Source: Candidatus Multivoradales bacterium (lineage in GTDB: Bacteria > Acidobacteriota > Thermoanaerobaculia > Multivoradales > JAHEKO01). Taken from it: 64,000 bases of DNA. Location: contig CBDCXM010000009.1 of assembly GCA_965223855.1 (NCBI GenBank), positions 960,001-1,024,000 on the forward strand, given 5' to 3'. Made by a program: the position numbers and the translations under genes. The notes beneath the pieces were generated by a model. The model worked only from the letters and a program-made list of their open reading frames with translations. It did no database searches and was not told where the DNA came from. Positions 19,828 to 30,700 of this stretch are shown here, in pieces (the stretch's first letter is position 1; each line of letters starts with the position of its first letter).

Positions 19828-22617
19828 TCAGGGAGAGCGGCGCAGCGCATCTGTCGCTGCCTTCACCGCGGCCGGGTCGATCAACGGCGTTCGCGCGGCC
19901 ACGATCAACGCCGACTCCAGCAAGGCCTTCCCTTCGGCCTCGCGCCCGACTGCGATCTGTGCGCGGCCGAGGGCGAGCGCCCCGCCCGTGACGACCTGTG
20001 TCGGTGCTCCGCTCGCGGCGTCGAGGATCGGCTGGGCTTCGGTCAGGACTGCCAGGGCTTCCTCGGCCCGTTCGAGATCCATCAGGATCTCACCGTGGCG
20101 CAGGAGGTTGCCGGCGAGGACGATGTCGGCGCTCGTGTCCCCGGGCGCAGACGTCGCGCTGACTCGAGCCAGCTCGACGGCCGTCGAGGACCGACGAAGC
20201 GCCTGCTCGAGCGATCCGTGTCGCGACAGGCTCAGCGCCTCGAGACTCAGCATCTCCGCGCGGCGTCGCTCGGTCTTGCTGCCGCTCGCAGCGGCGTGGA
20301 AGAAGCGCGCCGCCGTCTCACTGTCGCCCGTCGCCAGATGAAGCGAGCCGAGGTTGGCCGCCGCGCGCGTCGCTTGCAGGACGGTCGGGCCGCCCGCTGC
20401 CGTCGCCAACTCCAACGCAGCCTCGTGAGCCTCGCTGGCGGCTTCCAGCTCTCCCAGGCGCGCCAACGCTTCGCCGCGATAGTCGTGCAGGCCGGCGACG
20501 ATCACCGACCTGGGTCCGAAAACCTCGACCGACTGCGGCAGCATGGCATCGAGGACCGCGAGCTTCTCTTCGGCCGATGCCAGCTGCGAGGCCCAGTTGC
20601 CGCGCACGATCAGGTAGTTGGGGTGACCCGTCCCGACGACAGCCTCGAGTCGCTGCAGCACGTCGGCGAAGTGGTCTCGCGCGCGGGCCCGGTCGCCGAG
20701 GTCGGCGTAGAGCCGCGCCAGGCCGTTCAAGGTCGAAGCGATTCCGAGGTCTTCATCGGGCAGGATCTGGCGCCGGATCTCGAGCGCCCGATCGAGCAAC
20801 CCGACCGCCTCGCCGGGTTCGACGTAGCGCGACAGATCGGTCATCACCTGGGCGACATCGGTGTGCAACTCGCCGTATCGGCGGCGGTGCCAGTCGAGCG
20901 ACGCGCGCATCTGCTCGCGGCCGATCCCGACCTCGCCCATCTGGAGGTTCATCAACGCCAGTGAGTGGAAAACCTGCTGTCCGAAGGCCGTATCGCTCTC
21001 GCCGATCTGCTGTTCGAGAGCCCAGGCGCGGTCGAAGAAGTCTCGTGCCTGCGCCTTCTCTCCGCGTACGGCGCGCATCTCGCCGAGCGCGAACAGCAGC
21101 CGCGCCTGCACCGCCGGACGGTCGGCCATCCCCTCGGCCGTCTGGTCGGCGGCCGCCAGGAAATCGGCGATCGACACGGTATCGCCCTGCGCCGTCTCAG
21201 GCGCCGCCGACTTGAGCAGGTCGACCAGGGTACGGGTGACCGCTTCGGAGCGTTCCTGCTCGACGACGAGGCGATCGCGCTCCTCGCGCAATCGTTCCGC
21301 CTGGACGAGCGCATAGGCGGTGAAGGCGGCGCCGAGACCGACCAGCAGCAGCGCGGCCATCGACGCGGCACGATTTCGGGCGAAGAAACGCCGCGCCCGA
21401 TAGGCCAGCGAATCGGCATGAGCGCTCACCGTGTCGCCGCGCAGATAGCGATCGACGTCCTCGGCAAGCTGCGCCGCCGAGGGGTAGCGTCGCTCGGGTT
21501 CCTGCCTCAGTGCCATGGCGGCGATCCGCGCGAGGTCGCCGCGCAGCTCCCGGTCGAGCCTTCGCGTGCCGGTCGCGCGCCGGGCGGCGATCTCCTCCAC
21601 GGCCAGATGATCGGTACGACCGGGAGCCAGCTCGTCGTCGGTCGATGTTCTCAGCGCCTCGGCGAGCGACAGCGGAGCGGTGCGGCGGACCGCCCCTTCG
21701 ACCGTCCCGGGCGAGCTGTCGGCCACCCGGTAGGGGAAGCGCCCCGACAGCAGCTCGTAGAGCAGCAGGCCGAGAGCGTAGACATCGGTAGCCGTGGTGA
21801 CGGCCTCTCCCGACAGCTGTTCCGGGGCCGAGTGGAGCGGCGTCAGCACCCGTTGTTCGGTGCGGGTGACCTTCGGGTCGAGGCCGAGCGACTGAGCGTC
21901 GAGTAGCTTCGCGATGCCGAAATCGAGCAGCTGCACCTGGCCGTTGGCGTCGACGAGGATATTGGACGGTTTCAGGTCGCGGTGGACGATCAGGTTGCGG
22001 TGCGCGAACGCCACCGCGTCGCACACCTGGCCGAACAGCCGCAGCCGCGCGCGCACCGGCAGGCGATTCTCGTCGCAATAGCGGGTGATCGGCGTCCCCT
22101 CGACCTTCTGCATCACCAGGTACGGCAGCCCGTCGTCGGTCATACCGCCGTCGAGCAGGGTGGCGACGTTGGGGTGCTGGAGGCGCGCCAGCAACTGCCG
22201 CTCGAGGCGGAAGCGATCGAGGGCGTCGGAGCCGAGCCAGCCGGTGCGCAGCATCTTGATGGCGACTTCCTGCTGGTACTCGTCGTCGCGGCGCTCGGCG
22301 CGGTAGACCACTCCCATGCCGCCGCGGCCGAGGACGTCGAGCAGTCTGTAGGGACCGAGGTCGGTGCCGATTCTCGGATCGTCCGCTTCCGCGGCGTCGT
22401 CGGCCAGCAATCGGCGCTCGAGAGGCGAGCTCTCTCCGGCTCCGTGGGCCTCGAGCATCGCTCTCACCTCGTGGCGCATCCCGGGCTCGTCCGGGAACAG
22501 CTCGAGGAGTTGCGGCTCCCGCTCCTCGGCCGGAATCTCGGCCAGTCGGGTGAAGGCTTCCTCGACCCGTTGCCAGCGCTCGACGGCTGCCGGGTTGCCG
22601 TCGGCCGTCCCGGTCAC
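19828..22617 (-). CDS. Membrane Ser/Thr protein kinase with C-terminal TPR region
   Basis: GRGGMGVVY, VAIK, HRDLKPSN, DFG, APE; TM helix followed by TPR-like helices; GTG start overlaps the ECF stop (GTGA). Confidence 0.92.
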   Translation of the reverse strand: MTGTADGNPAAVERWQRVEEAFTRLAEIPAEEREPQLLELFPDEPGMRHEVRAMLEAHGAGESSPLERRLLADDAAEADDPRIGTDLGPYRLLDVLGRGGMGVVYRAERRDDEYQQEVAIKMLRTGWLGSDALDRFRLERQLLARLQHPNVATLLDGGMTDDGLPYLVMQKVEGTPITRYCDENRLPVRARLRLFGQVCDAVAFAHRNLIVHRDLKPSNILVDANGQVQLLDFGIAKLLDAQSLGLDPKVTRTEQRVLTPLHSAPEQLSGEAVTTATDVYALGLLLYELLSGRFPYRVADSSPGTVEGAVRRTAPLSLAEALRTSTDDELAPGRTDHLAVEEIAARRATGTRRLDRELRGDLARIAAMALRQEPERRYPSAAQLAEDVDRYLRGDTVSAHADSLAYRARRFFARNRAASMAALLLVGLGAAFTAYALVQAERLREERDRLVVEQERSEAVTRTLVDLLKSAAPETAQGDTVSIADFLAAADQTAEGMADRPAVQARLLFALGEMRAVRGEKAQARDFFDRAWALEQQIGESDTAFGQQVFHSLALMNLQMGEVGIGREQMRASLDWHRRRYGELHTDVAQVMTDLSRYVEPGEAVGLLDRALEIRRQILPDEDLGIASTLNGLARLYADLGDRARARDHFADVLQRLEAVVGTGHPNYLIVRGNWASQLASAEEKLAVLDAMLPQSVEVFGPRSVIVAGLHDYRGEALARLGELEAASEAHEAALELATAAGGPTVLQATRAAANLGSLHLATGDSETAARFFHAAASGSKTERRRAEMLSLEALSLSRHGSLEQALRRSSTAVELARVSATSAPGDTSADIVLAGNLLRHGEILMDLERAEEALAVLTEAQPILDAASGAPTQVVTGGALALGRAQIAVGREAEGKALLESALIVAARTPLIDPAAVKAATDALRRSP

Positions 22618-23186
22618 GAGTCGAGCCCCGGCAGGTCGATCTCTTTGCGCAACCACGCGCGGGCGGCGGTCCAGCGGCGTTGCACCGTCTTGCCGGACAC
22701 GCCGAGCAGCTGTGCCGCCTCTTCGAGCGTCAGGCCGGCGAAGAAGCGCAGTTGCACTACCGCCGCCCCTTCGGGGTTCATCGCCTCGAGGCGATCGAGT
22801 GCCTCGTCGAGCTCGAGGATCTCGTCGGCCTCTTCCTCACTCAAGAACGCTTCCACGTCGTCGAGCGGCACCGGTGGCACTCCGCCGCCCCGCTTGTGGC
22901 GCTTGCGGGTGCGGGCGTAGTCGATGAGGATCTGGCGCATCGTGTTGCTCGCCACCGCGAGGAACGAAGCGCGATCGGCGGCGGTCAGCCGCTCCTGGCG
23001 CTGCAGTCGCAGGTAGGCCTCGTTGACGAGCGCCGTGGCGCTCAGCGTGTGGTTGGCGCGCTCGTTCCTCAGCCGGCCGGCGGCGATCGCACGCAGCTCC
23101 GAGTAGACGATCGGGATCAACCGATCCATCGCCGCGGGGTCGCCCCCGCGCAAGCGCTCGATCCAGTGCGTCGCGTCTCCGCTCAT
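22614..23186 (-). CDS. ECF sigma factor of the kinase-associated TIGR02999-like type
   Basis: LIPIVYSELRAIA...HTLSATALVNEAYLRL...MRQILIDYAR..KRGGG...LRFFAGL..EEAA..LGVS..TV.R.W..ARAWL. Confidence 0.9.
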   Translation of the reverse strand: MSGDATHWIERLRGGDPAAMDRLIPIVYSELRAIAAGRLRNERANHTLSATALVNEAYLRLQRQERLTAADRASFLAVASNTMRQILIDYARTRKRHKRGGGVPPVPLDDVEAFLSEEEADEILELDEALDRLEAMNPEGAAVVQLRFFAGLTLEEAAQLLGVSGKTVQRRWTAARAWLRKEIDLPGLDS

Positions 23187-23284
23187 CGCTGTCGAGCCCC
23201 CGGACTCGTCACCTCGGGGGCCGCTCTGCCAGAAGTTCGTTGCAGAGAGTCTAGCGAAGGGCGCGGCCGGCGCCACGCCCGCAA

Positions 23285-24679
23285 TCATGGCAGCGTGGTC
23301 GACCAGGCCGAGGTGTCGCCGCTTTCGAAGCCGTCTTCGAAGATCGTCGCCGACTCGACCGCCCCGAGCTCGACCGAACCGATGTCGCAGCCGTCGTCGC
23401 CATTGGGCGGCGGGCCGTCGACCGGGCGGTGCCCCGTCGGGCCGTCGAAGTAGCCGCGTTGGTCGCGGAAGACGCCAGGGCAGCTGCCGCCGTCGATCGT
23501 GACAGCCGAGGTCGCCGGATCGGGGAGGTGGGTCGGGGTCGGCCCGCCGTTGTCCGCCAGGTCCATGAGGCCCGCCGCCAGGGGAGTCGCGGCGCTGCCG
23601 ACGTAGTCGCCGTTGACGTTGGGGAGACCGCTCGGAAAGTAGAACGATGCGCCGGTGTTGTCACCGATCAGATTGAACCCGAGCGTCGTTGCCGGAGAGA
23701 CGCTATCGACGAACAGGTCGTCCGCCGCAATGCCGCTGACGTCACGATTGCCGGCGACGATCGAGTTGAAGAGCAGCAGCGTACTGGCGGCCGTCGAGCT
23801 CACGTAGATTCCGCCGCCGTCCTCCGAGCCAAGTTCGAAGGCACCTTCCCGCGGGCGCTCCTGGAACTCCCCTGCCTCGTTGTCTGTGACCGTCGAGTGG
23901 TAGAGCTCGAGGTCGCCGATCGACACCCAGATTCCGCCGCCGACTCCCCCGGCCACGTTGCCGCTCACCGTGGAGTGATCGAGGATCGCCGTACCGGGGC
24001 TGGCGACGATCATCCCACCGCCGTCGCCGTCGGTGGTGTTGTTGGCGATCGTGCTGTCGTAGGCGAGCAGCGTCCCCTGGACGACGATCGCGCTGCCGCT
24101 GCCGGCAGTGACGTCGTTGAAGGCGACGATCGAGCGCCGCAGTTCGATCGTCGAGCTGATGCCGACCCGGATCGCGCCGTTGGGAATGGTGTCGAGGTCG
24201 TTGTCGACGATCCGGCAGTCGCGGATCACTACTGTGGTGCCGGTGGTGATCGTGAAAACCGCGGCACCGACGCCGTTGGCACCGGTCATCGTCAGGTCGG
24301 AGATCGAGTGCGAAGTGTCGGCAGCCTGGAAAAGGAAGATCCGGTTGCCGTCGCCATCCACCGCGAGGTCGAACGCCCCGGGGCCGACGATGTCGACCGA
24401 GTCCGTGATCAGTGGCAGGTCGGAACCGAGCTCGATCACGCCGGTCAGGCCGGTCAGGTCGATGGTGTCGGCTCCGTCGCCGGCCGGGCAGCCGCCTCCT
24501 GCCGCGTCCGAGTTCGCAGCGACGATCGCCTCTCGGAGGGTGCAGCCGCCGGACACGGCGTTGGCATCGTCGAGGGTATCGACGACGATGGTGGCGGCCT
24601 TGGCGGCCGTGCCGCAAACGAGGACCGACAGGGTGGACAACAGGATGATGGGCAATCCAGGGGCAGATCGGGTGTTCAT
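23285..24679 (-). CDS. Secreted CSLREA / choice-of-anchor-Q-type beta-helix protein with FEDGFESGDTSAWS tail
   Basis: CTLREAI motif, GGG(I/M) repeats, LADNGGPTPTH, DQRG, CDIGSVE; signal peptide; GAGGAGG RBS. Confidence 0.85.
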   Translation of the reverse strand: MNTRSAPGLPIILLSTLSVLVCGTAAKAATIVVDTLDDANAVSGGCTLREAIVAANSDAAGGGCPAGDGADTIDLTGLTGVIELGSDLPLITDSVDIVGPGAFDLAVDGDGNRIFLFQAADTSHSISDLTMTGANGVGAAVFTITTGTTVVIRDCRIVDNDLDTIPNGAIRVGISSTIELRRSIVAFNDVTAGSGSAIVVQGTLLAYDSTIANNTTDGDGGGMIVASPGTAILDHSTVSGNVAGGVGGGIWVSIGDLELYHSTVTDNEAGEFQERPREGAFELGSEDGGGIYVSSTAASTLLLFNSIVAGNRDVSGIAADDLFVDSVSPATTLGFNLIGDNTGASFYFPSGLPNVNGDYVGSAATPLAAGLMDLADNGGPTPTHLPDPATSAVTIDGGSCPGVFRDQRGYFDGPTGHRPVDGPPPNGDDGCDIGSVELGAVESATIFEDGFESGDTSAWSTTLP

Positions 24680-24795
24680 GGCTCCTCCTCGCTACCTCTG
24701 GCGACGAACGGAACTCATCCTGGACACCTCGGCAGAGCCCTCGTGCGCCGCTGCGCGCAAGGGCAGGAGCAGGGCCGGAAGGCCTGGTAGGGGCT

Positions 24796-27700
24796 TTGAC
24801 AGGGGCTGCTATAGTTCCATGCAATCTTTACCAATATTCTTTCTCGGGAAGGCGCGAGATTCTGAGAGTTCGAAGGGCGCTGACGCCCGGGTTGTTGCTG
24901 TCTTTGTGTTGGCTGTCGAGCGCCGCCGGTGCTCGGGCACAGAGCGAGATGCGACCGAGTGCGAGCGAGCCTCCTCGCGCTCGAGCCATCCCGGCCCTGC
25001 CGGCGCTGAGCGCCGAGTCCGCAGCGGCCGAGAGTCACGAGCAGTGGCTGGCGACGCTCGCGGCGCGAGACACTCCTGACAGCCGGGCTCGGTCACTGGT
25101 CGCACTGGCACGCCTCGAGGTCGAGACCGAGGCGCACTTCGAGGCTGTCAGCGAGCGACTGTCCTCCGCGCCCGCGCCGGCTGTAGCGGCGGCGCGACTG
25201 GAGGAGGCGGCCGCGCGCTTCCGAGAGTCGGTCCGCACGATCAGGGTCGTCATGGAGCATGAGGCCCCCGGAGGGCGGACGCTACGCGATCTGCTCGCAG
25301 CCTCCGTCGAGGGGCGACGCGGGCGCGCCGCGCGCCCCGTCCGCGGCTCGCTTCCCCACCGCTCCCTCTCCCTGGCGCCGAGGCCGCTCCCCTCCCTGTC
25401 GCCGATCGTCCCCAGCTACGCCGACCCGCTCGCTGCCGCCGCGACCAGCGACGACCTGATCGACTCGCCGGAGGCGCCGCGGAGCCCGGCGATCCTGGCG
25501 CAGGCGGCATCGCTCGGGTTCGACTACGCGCGGATCTACGACTTCGTCCGTAACGACATCCGCACCGAGTGGTATCAGGGCTCGCAGAAGGGGGCGGAGG
25601 GGGCACTCGCTTCCGGGGCGGCGAACGATGTCGACAAGGCGAGCCTGCTGATCACCCTCTTCCGCTCCAGCCAGCTGCCGGCGCGCTACGTGCGCGGGGT
25701 GCTGCGGCTCGACGTGGAGCCGCTCGCCGCCGCCTTCGGCCTCGCGGACGACCAGCAGGTTCCCATCGCACTGGCACGCGCCGGTGTGCCGCACGAGGTG
25801 GTCATCGCCGGCTCGCGGATCGCCGCGGTCGACGTCCTTCACACCTGGGTTGCCGCCTACGCCCCCTACGCCAACTATCGCGGCGTGGTGATCGACACCT
25901 CCGGCAAGACCTGGGTGCCGCTGGCGCCTGCGGTGCAGGGGGTCGATCGCTCACCGCCCACCCGGGTGCTCGAGGCGATGGGCTTCGACAGTGCCGGTTT
26001 CGTCACCGACTACCTGGCGACCGAGCAGCCCGACCGGCCGCTCGAGCAGATCCGGCGGGAGGTCGAAGCCTTCCTGGGAGACGACTCGTACGCTGAGCAG
26101 CTCGGCGCTCGCTCGGTGGCGGTGAGGAGGCTCGAGCTCCTGCCGAGCGGGCTGCCGACGCCGCTCGCGACCCCGTTCTACGAAGGGGCGAGCTTGCCGG
26201 CCGAAGAGGAGACGCGGTTGCGGATCGTCGCGTCGGTCGGTGCGACGGGTTCGGAGCCGAGTCTCGAATCGTCGCTGCCGCTCGCCTCGGTCACCGGAAG
26301 GCGGTTGACCCTTTCGTACACTCCCGCCAGCGCGGACGACGATGCGATCGTCAACCTCTTCGGCGGGCTCGATCTGGTGCCGCCCTACCTCGTCGAGCTC
26401 CTGCCGCAGGTGAAGGTCGACGGTCGCCTCGTCGCGCTGGGGACGATCGGGGTGCCGATGGCGGTCCATCACCTCGTCCGCCTCGAGGTCGAGGCGGCGG
26501 GGACCATGGTGTCGCACGAGTTCCTCACCCCCGCGGTCGCCTACAGCGCGATCGCCCTCCACGCTCCCGGCGACCGCGCTCAGGCGGACGCGGGCGACGA
26601 CCCGGCCGATACCGAGTTCCTGGCCGCGCGCCTGCTCAGTCGGGTGGCATACCGCTACAGCGAGTCGTGGTCGGCGGCGGAAGACGAGCTGGCGGGGCTG
26701 CTGGACGTCGCCGTCGCGCGCCCGCTTCCCGCTGTGGCGCTGGCCCACAACCGCATCGGTATCGAGCAGGTGTTCGACGTGCCCCTGCGCATCCATTGGG
26801 AGGGGGTCGATCTCGACGCCGCGCTGCGGATCGCCGAGCCGCTGCCGAACGGTGCGCCGGACGATACGAGGAGCTGGTTCCGCCTGTCGGCGCTCGAAGG
26901 GTCGAGCCTCGAGCGGCGCGTGCTCGAGACCGAGTTCCAGGTCGAGGCGGTCTCGGCCGACCGCGGCCTCGGGCTGGCGCGTGACATCGGCACCACGGTC
27001 GAGCGGCTCGACCCCGGCAACGTCGATGCCGTCCTCGATGCCCTCGACCTGCCCGCCAACGTCGAGACGAGGATCCGGCAGCAGGTGCTCGGCGGTTTCG
27101 AGGTCGAGCTACCGGACGCGCCGGTGGGAGCGGAGGCGTGGTCGGGCACCGTCTGGCGTGCGGTCGACTCAGTCAGTGGTTCCGCCGGCTACTTTCTCGC
27201 CGGCGGGCTCGCGGGGGGCGCGACCACCACCGCACCCCCCAACTGGGTGCTCGAGTTCCTCGCCCAGGCGCTCGCGGCTCCCTACTCCCTGCCCCCGAAC
27301 ACCGATCCGCTGGGAGCGGCCGAGCTGCGCAAGCTGCCCGAGGGGGACGATCAGTACGGCACCGTCGGCGACCTCTTCGTTCACCGCCTGGAGGTGCAGG
27401 TGCGCGACCTGATCGGCAGGCCGGTCGAGGGAGCGGAAGTGACGTTCCTCTCCGAGCGCGGCGGCGGCCTGCTGGTCGATGAGGACGACGTCGAGCTGCC
27501 GCTGGCGATCGTGACGACCGACCGGCGCGGCGTCGCCGGCGTCCGGCTAAGGGCTGGCACCGACGTCTCCGACAATCCGACCTACCTTCACCTGGATCCC
27601 GACGATCCGTTCCCCGCGCAGGCGCTGGCACACGAGGTCGGCGCCTTCGTCGACGGCTTGCTGGGCATCGTCTCGCTCGACCTGCCGTTCCGCGCCATCG

Positions 27701-30700
27701 CCTTTCCCACCGAGGCGGTCGGTCTCGAACGCGTCGACACCGACCAGACGCATTTCACCGGAAGGGTGGGGTTCCTGTCGGACATCATCCCCATCCGGGC
27801 CGTCGACGAGTTCGGCAACGCGGTGTCGAACGTGCCGCTTCGATTCGAGGTGGCTGAATCTTCCGGTCCCGATCCCGACTGCACCAATCCGAGTCCGCAC
27901 GTTCTCAACGCCGTGCTGGTGCTGCCGGGAGACTTCAGCAGCTGCCACAACGGCCTGCCGGCGATCGGCTACTGCGGCGAGCCGGAGCTCGAGCGCATGA
28001 CCTCGTCCTTCCCTGCGAGCGCCGGCGTAGTGCTCGGCAGTAGCGCCTCGTCGCTCTACACGGTACTGGTGTCGGCGATCGATGCGCCCGAGCTCGGCTC
28101 GCTCGCGTTCACCTACGCCGGGCTCTACGAGATCTCGAGCACCAACGGCACCTGCTCTCCGGGCACGCCGATCCTCGAGGCCTTCGATCGACACCTGCTC
28201 TACAGCCCGGTGCGGATCGACGGCATGGGCAACAACATTCAGGCGGCGCCGGTCGGCGCGAACTATCCCGAGCCCCTAGTGGTCCACTTCGCCGCCTGGG
28301 ACCCGGACGACCCCGAGGACGACGGCGACCCGCCGCTGGAAGCGGGAAGCTGGACCCCGGCGACCGGCAACGTCTACCTGAGCACCGCCCCGGGAACCGC
28401 CGCCTCGACGACTCCGACGGTCGAGATCGCGCCGGGAGTGTTCAGCACCGTCCTCACCACCGACGTCGTTGCCGCCTACAACCCGGTGCACTTCGAGGCC
28501 ACCGAGATCACGTCGGTCGAGAGCCTCGAGTGCCCCCCCTGCTCGCTCGATTGTCCGGGTGTGCCGGGCCACGACTGCCTCGAAGACTGCATCGAGATTC
28601 CAACCAACGACGCTTGCATCAACTGTCCGCTCTGCACCCTCGACTGCCCCGGTCCCGACTGCGACGCCGACTGCCCGGTGGATGGCCCGATCCCGGCGTC
28701 CGAATGCGTCGAAGAGAGCGGCCGCGGTGCGGCGCAGACGATCGACTGGGGGTTCTTCGGCATTCCGCGGCTGATCGATCCGGACGTCAACGGGGTGTGG
28801 GGGGTCGATCCGCAGCTCACCGGTTTCGCGCCCGATCCGATTCCGCTCGACGGAAGCGGCAGCGTCGAGATCGAGAGCCGCATCGGCTATTCCACCGAGC
28901 CGCTCGACTACGTCGCCGCGACCGCCGATGTCGAGCTCTTCGCCGACGGCGACTGGGTGAGCTCGGGCGGCGGATCGTCGCTCTCCGGTAGCGGCGAAGC
29001 GAGGATCCAACGCGGCTTCCCGATCGATCTGGACGCCACGAACGAGGCACGGCTGGTGCTCAACCGGGGCTCGCCGGCCGAAGTCCGCTCGCCTCTCGTC
29101 GAGCTGCCGCTGACCCAGGGGATCTTCGAGCCGGGTGACGACAACGACGACAACGATCTCGTCGGGCGTCGTCAGCTCTACGTCTCGCAGGATGTCGATC
29201 TGACGAGCCGGCGGGTCTGTTCGCAGCCCGACCTCTTCTACTTCACCCTGACGCAGGAGGCGTCGGTGACCCTCACGTTCGAGAAGCTCTCGGGCGTCGA
29301 CACCGACGGCACCCCGCAGTACGACCCTCCTGAGGAGTTCCTGCTCAACGAGATCCTGCCGGAGGGCGAACACAGCTACAGCGTCACGGCCGGCGCCGGT
29401 GCCGGCGACCTGACGCTCGGGCCGGGCGACTATCGCTTCACCCTGGTAGCCGAGGGCACGGCTACCGGCCTGGTCGAGTCGTTCGAGGGCACGGCTCGCT
29501 CGGAGCTACGGGCGTCTGACTCGCTGCCCCTCGGGCATGTGCTGGTCGAGGGGGTCGATCTGTTTGACGGCCATCTCACCCTGCAGCGTGAAGATCTCGA
29601 GATCCCGGGGAGGGGCTCGCATCTGGCTTTCCGGCGGACCTACTCCTCGAGCGCGGATCGCGACCCGGGCCCTCTGGGCGTCGGCTGGACCCACAACTAC
29701 GCGTCGTTCGTCACGATCACTCCCTGCGGCGAGGTGATCGTCGTCGGCGGCGAGGGTTCCGGCATGCGCTTCGTCGACGACGGTGCCGGCGGCCTCACGG
29801 CGCTGGCCGGCTACCACGGAGGCCTGGTTGCCAGTTCGGACGACAACTCGTTCGACTTCTTCAGCCTGAACGGCACACGGTTTCACTACGAACCCGACCC
29901 GCGTTCTCCCGGCCGCTGGCCGCTGCGCTCGATCGAGGACACCAACGGCAACCTGACGCAGCTCTTCTACGACCCGAACACTGCCGAGCCGCTGGTGGCC
30001 GCGGTGGTCGACCCCGCCGGGCGGCGCCTCGAGTTCGGCTACGAGAACCGGGTGTTCGAGATCGTCGGCGAGGTCGAGCTCCGCAGCAAGCGGGTGCTGA
30101 CCTCGATCGACGGCCCCGCCGGCCTCGAGATGCGCTTCGAGTACGACGACTTCGGCCATCTGGTGCGCGCCGCCCGCGAGGGGGACGCGCGGGTCGAGTT
30201 CTACGGCTACGACTGGGTGATCGATCCGCTCCTGGCGCCGCAGCGGGCGCTCGTCTCCACCACCAACGCGCTGACCGGCGCGACCACCGTCTATCAGGGA
30301 GCCGGAGGCCTGACCGGGATCGACGCCGACATCAAGCTCGCCCGCCTGCGCACCACCTCGGTGACGCGTCCCGAAGGTGGCGTGACCCGCTTCGTCTACG
30401 ACGACGCCGGCCTCCTCGATCGCACCTCGCTCGAGCTCTCGCAGCAGGTGATCGACCCACGCGGCTTCGCGACCACCTATCGGCTCAACCAGTACGGCGC
30501 GCCGCTCGCGATCACCGATCCGCTCGGCCACACCACCGCCATGACCTGGGATCTCGACGACGTGGTGATGACGAGCCGTACCGACGCCAACGGCCACACC
30601 ACCAGCTACACCCACGACGAGCACGGCAACGTGCTGACCGAGGAGATCGAGGTCACCGACGCCGACGACGCGGTCCACCTCTACCGGCGCACGAACACCT

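Noticed and set aside
24796-24815. TTGACA...TATAGT as a sigma70 promoter for Rhs
   Set aside because: The spacer is only 8 nt, so the two boxes cannot form one canonical promoter.
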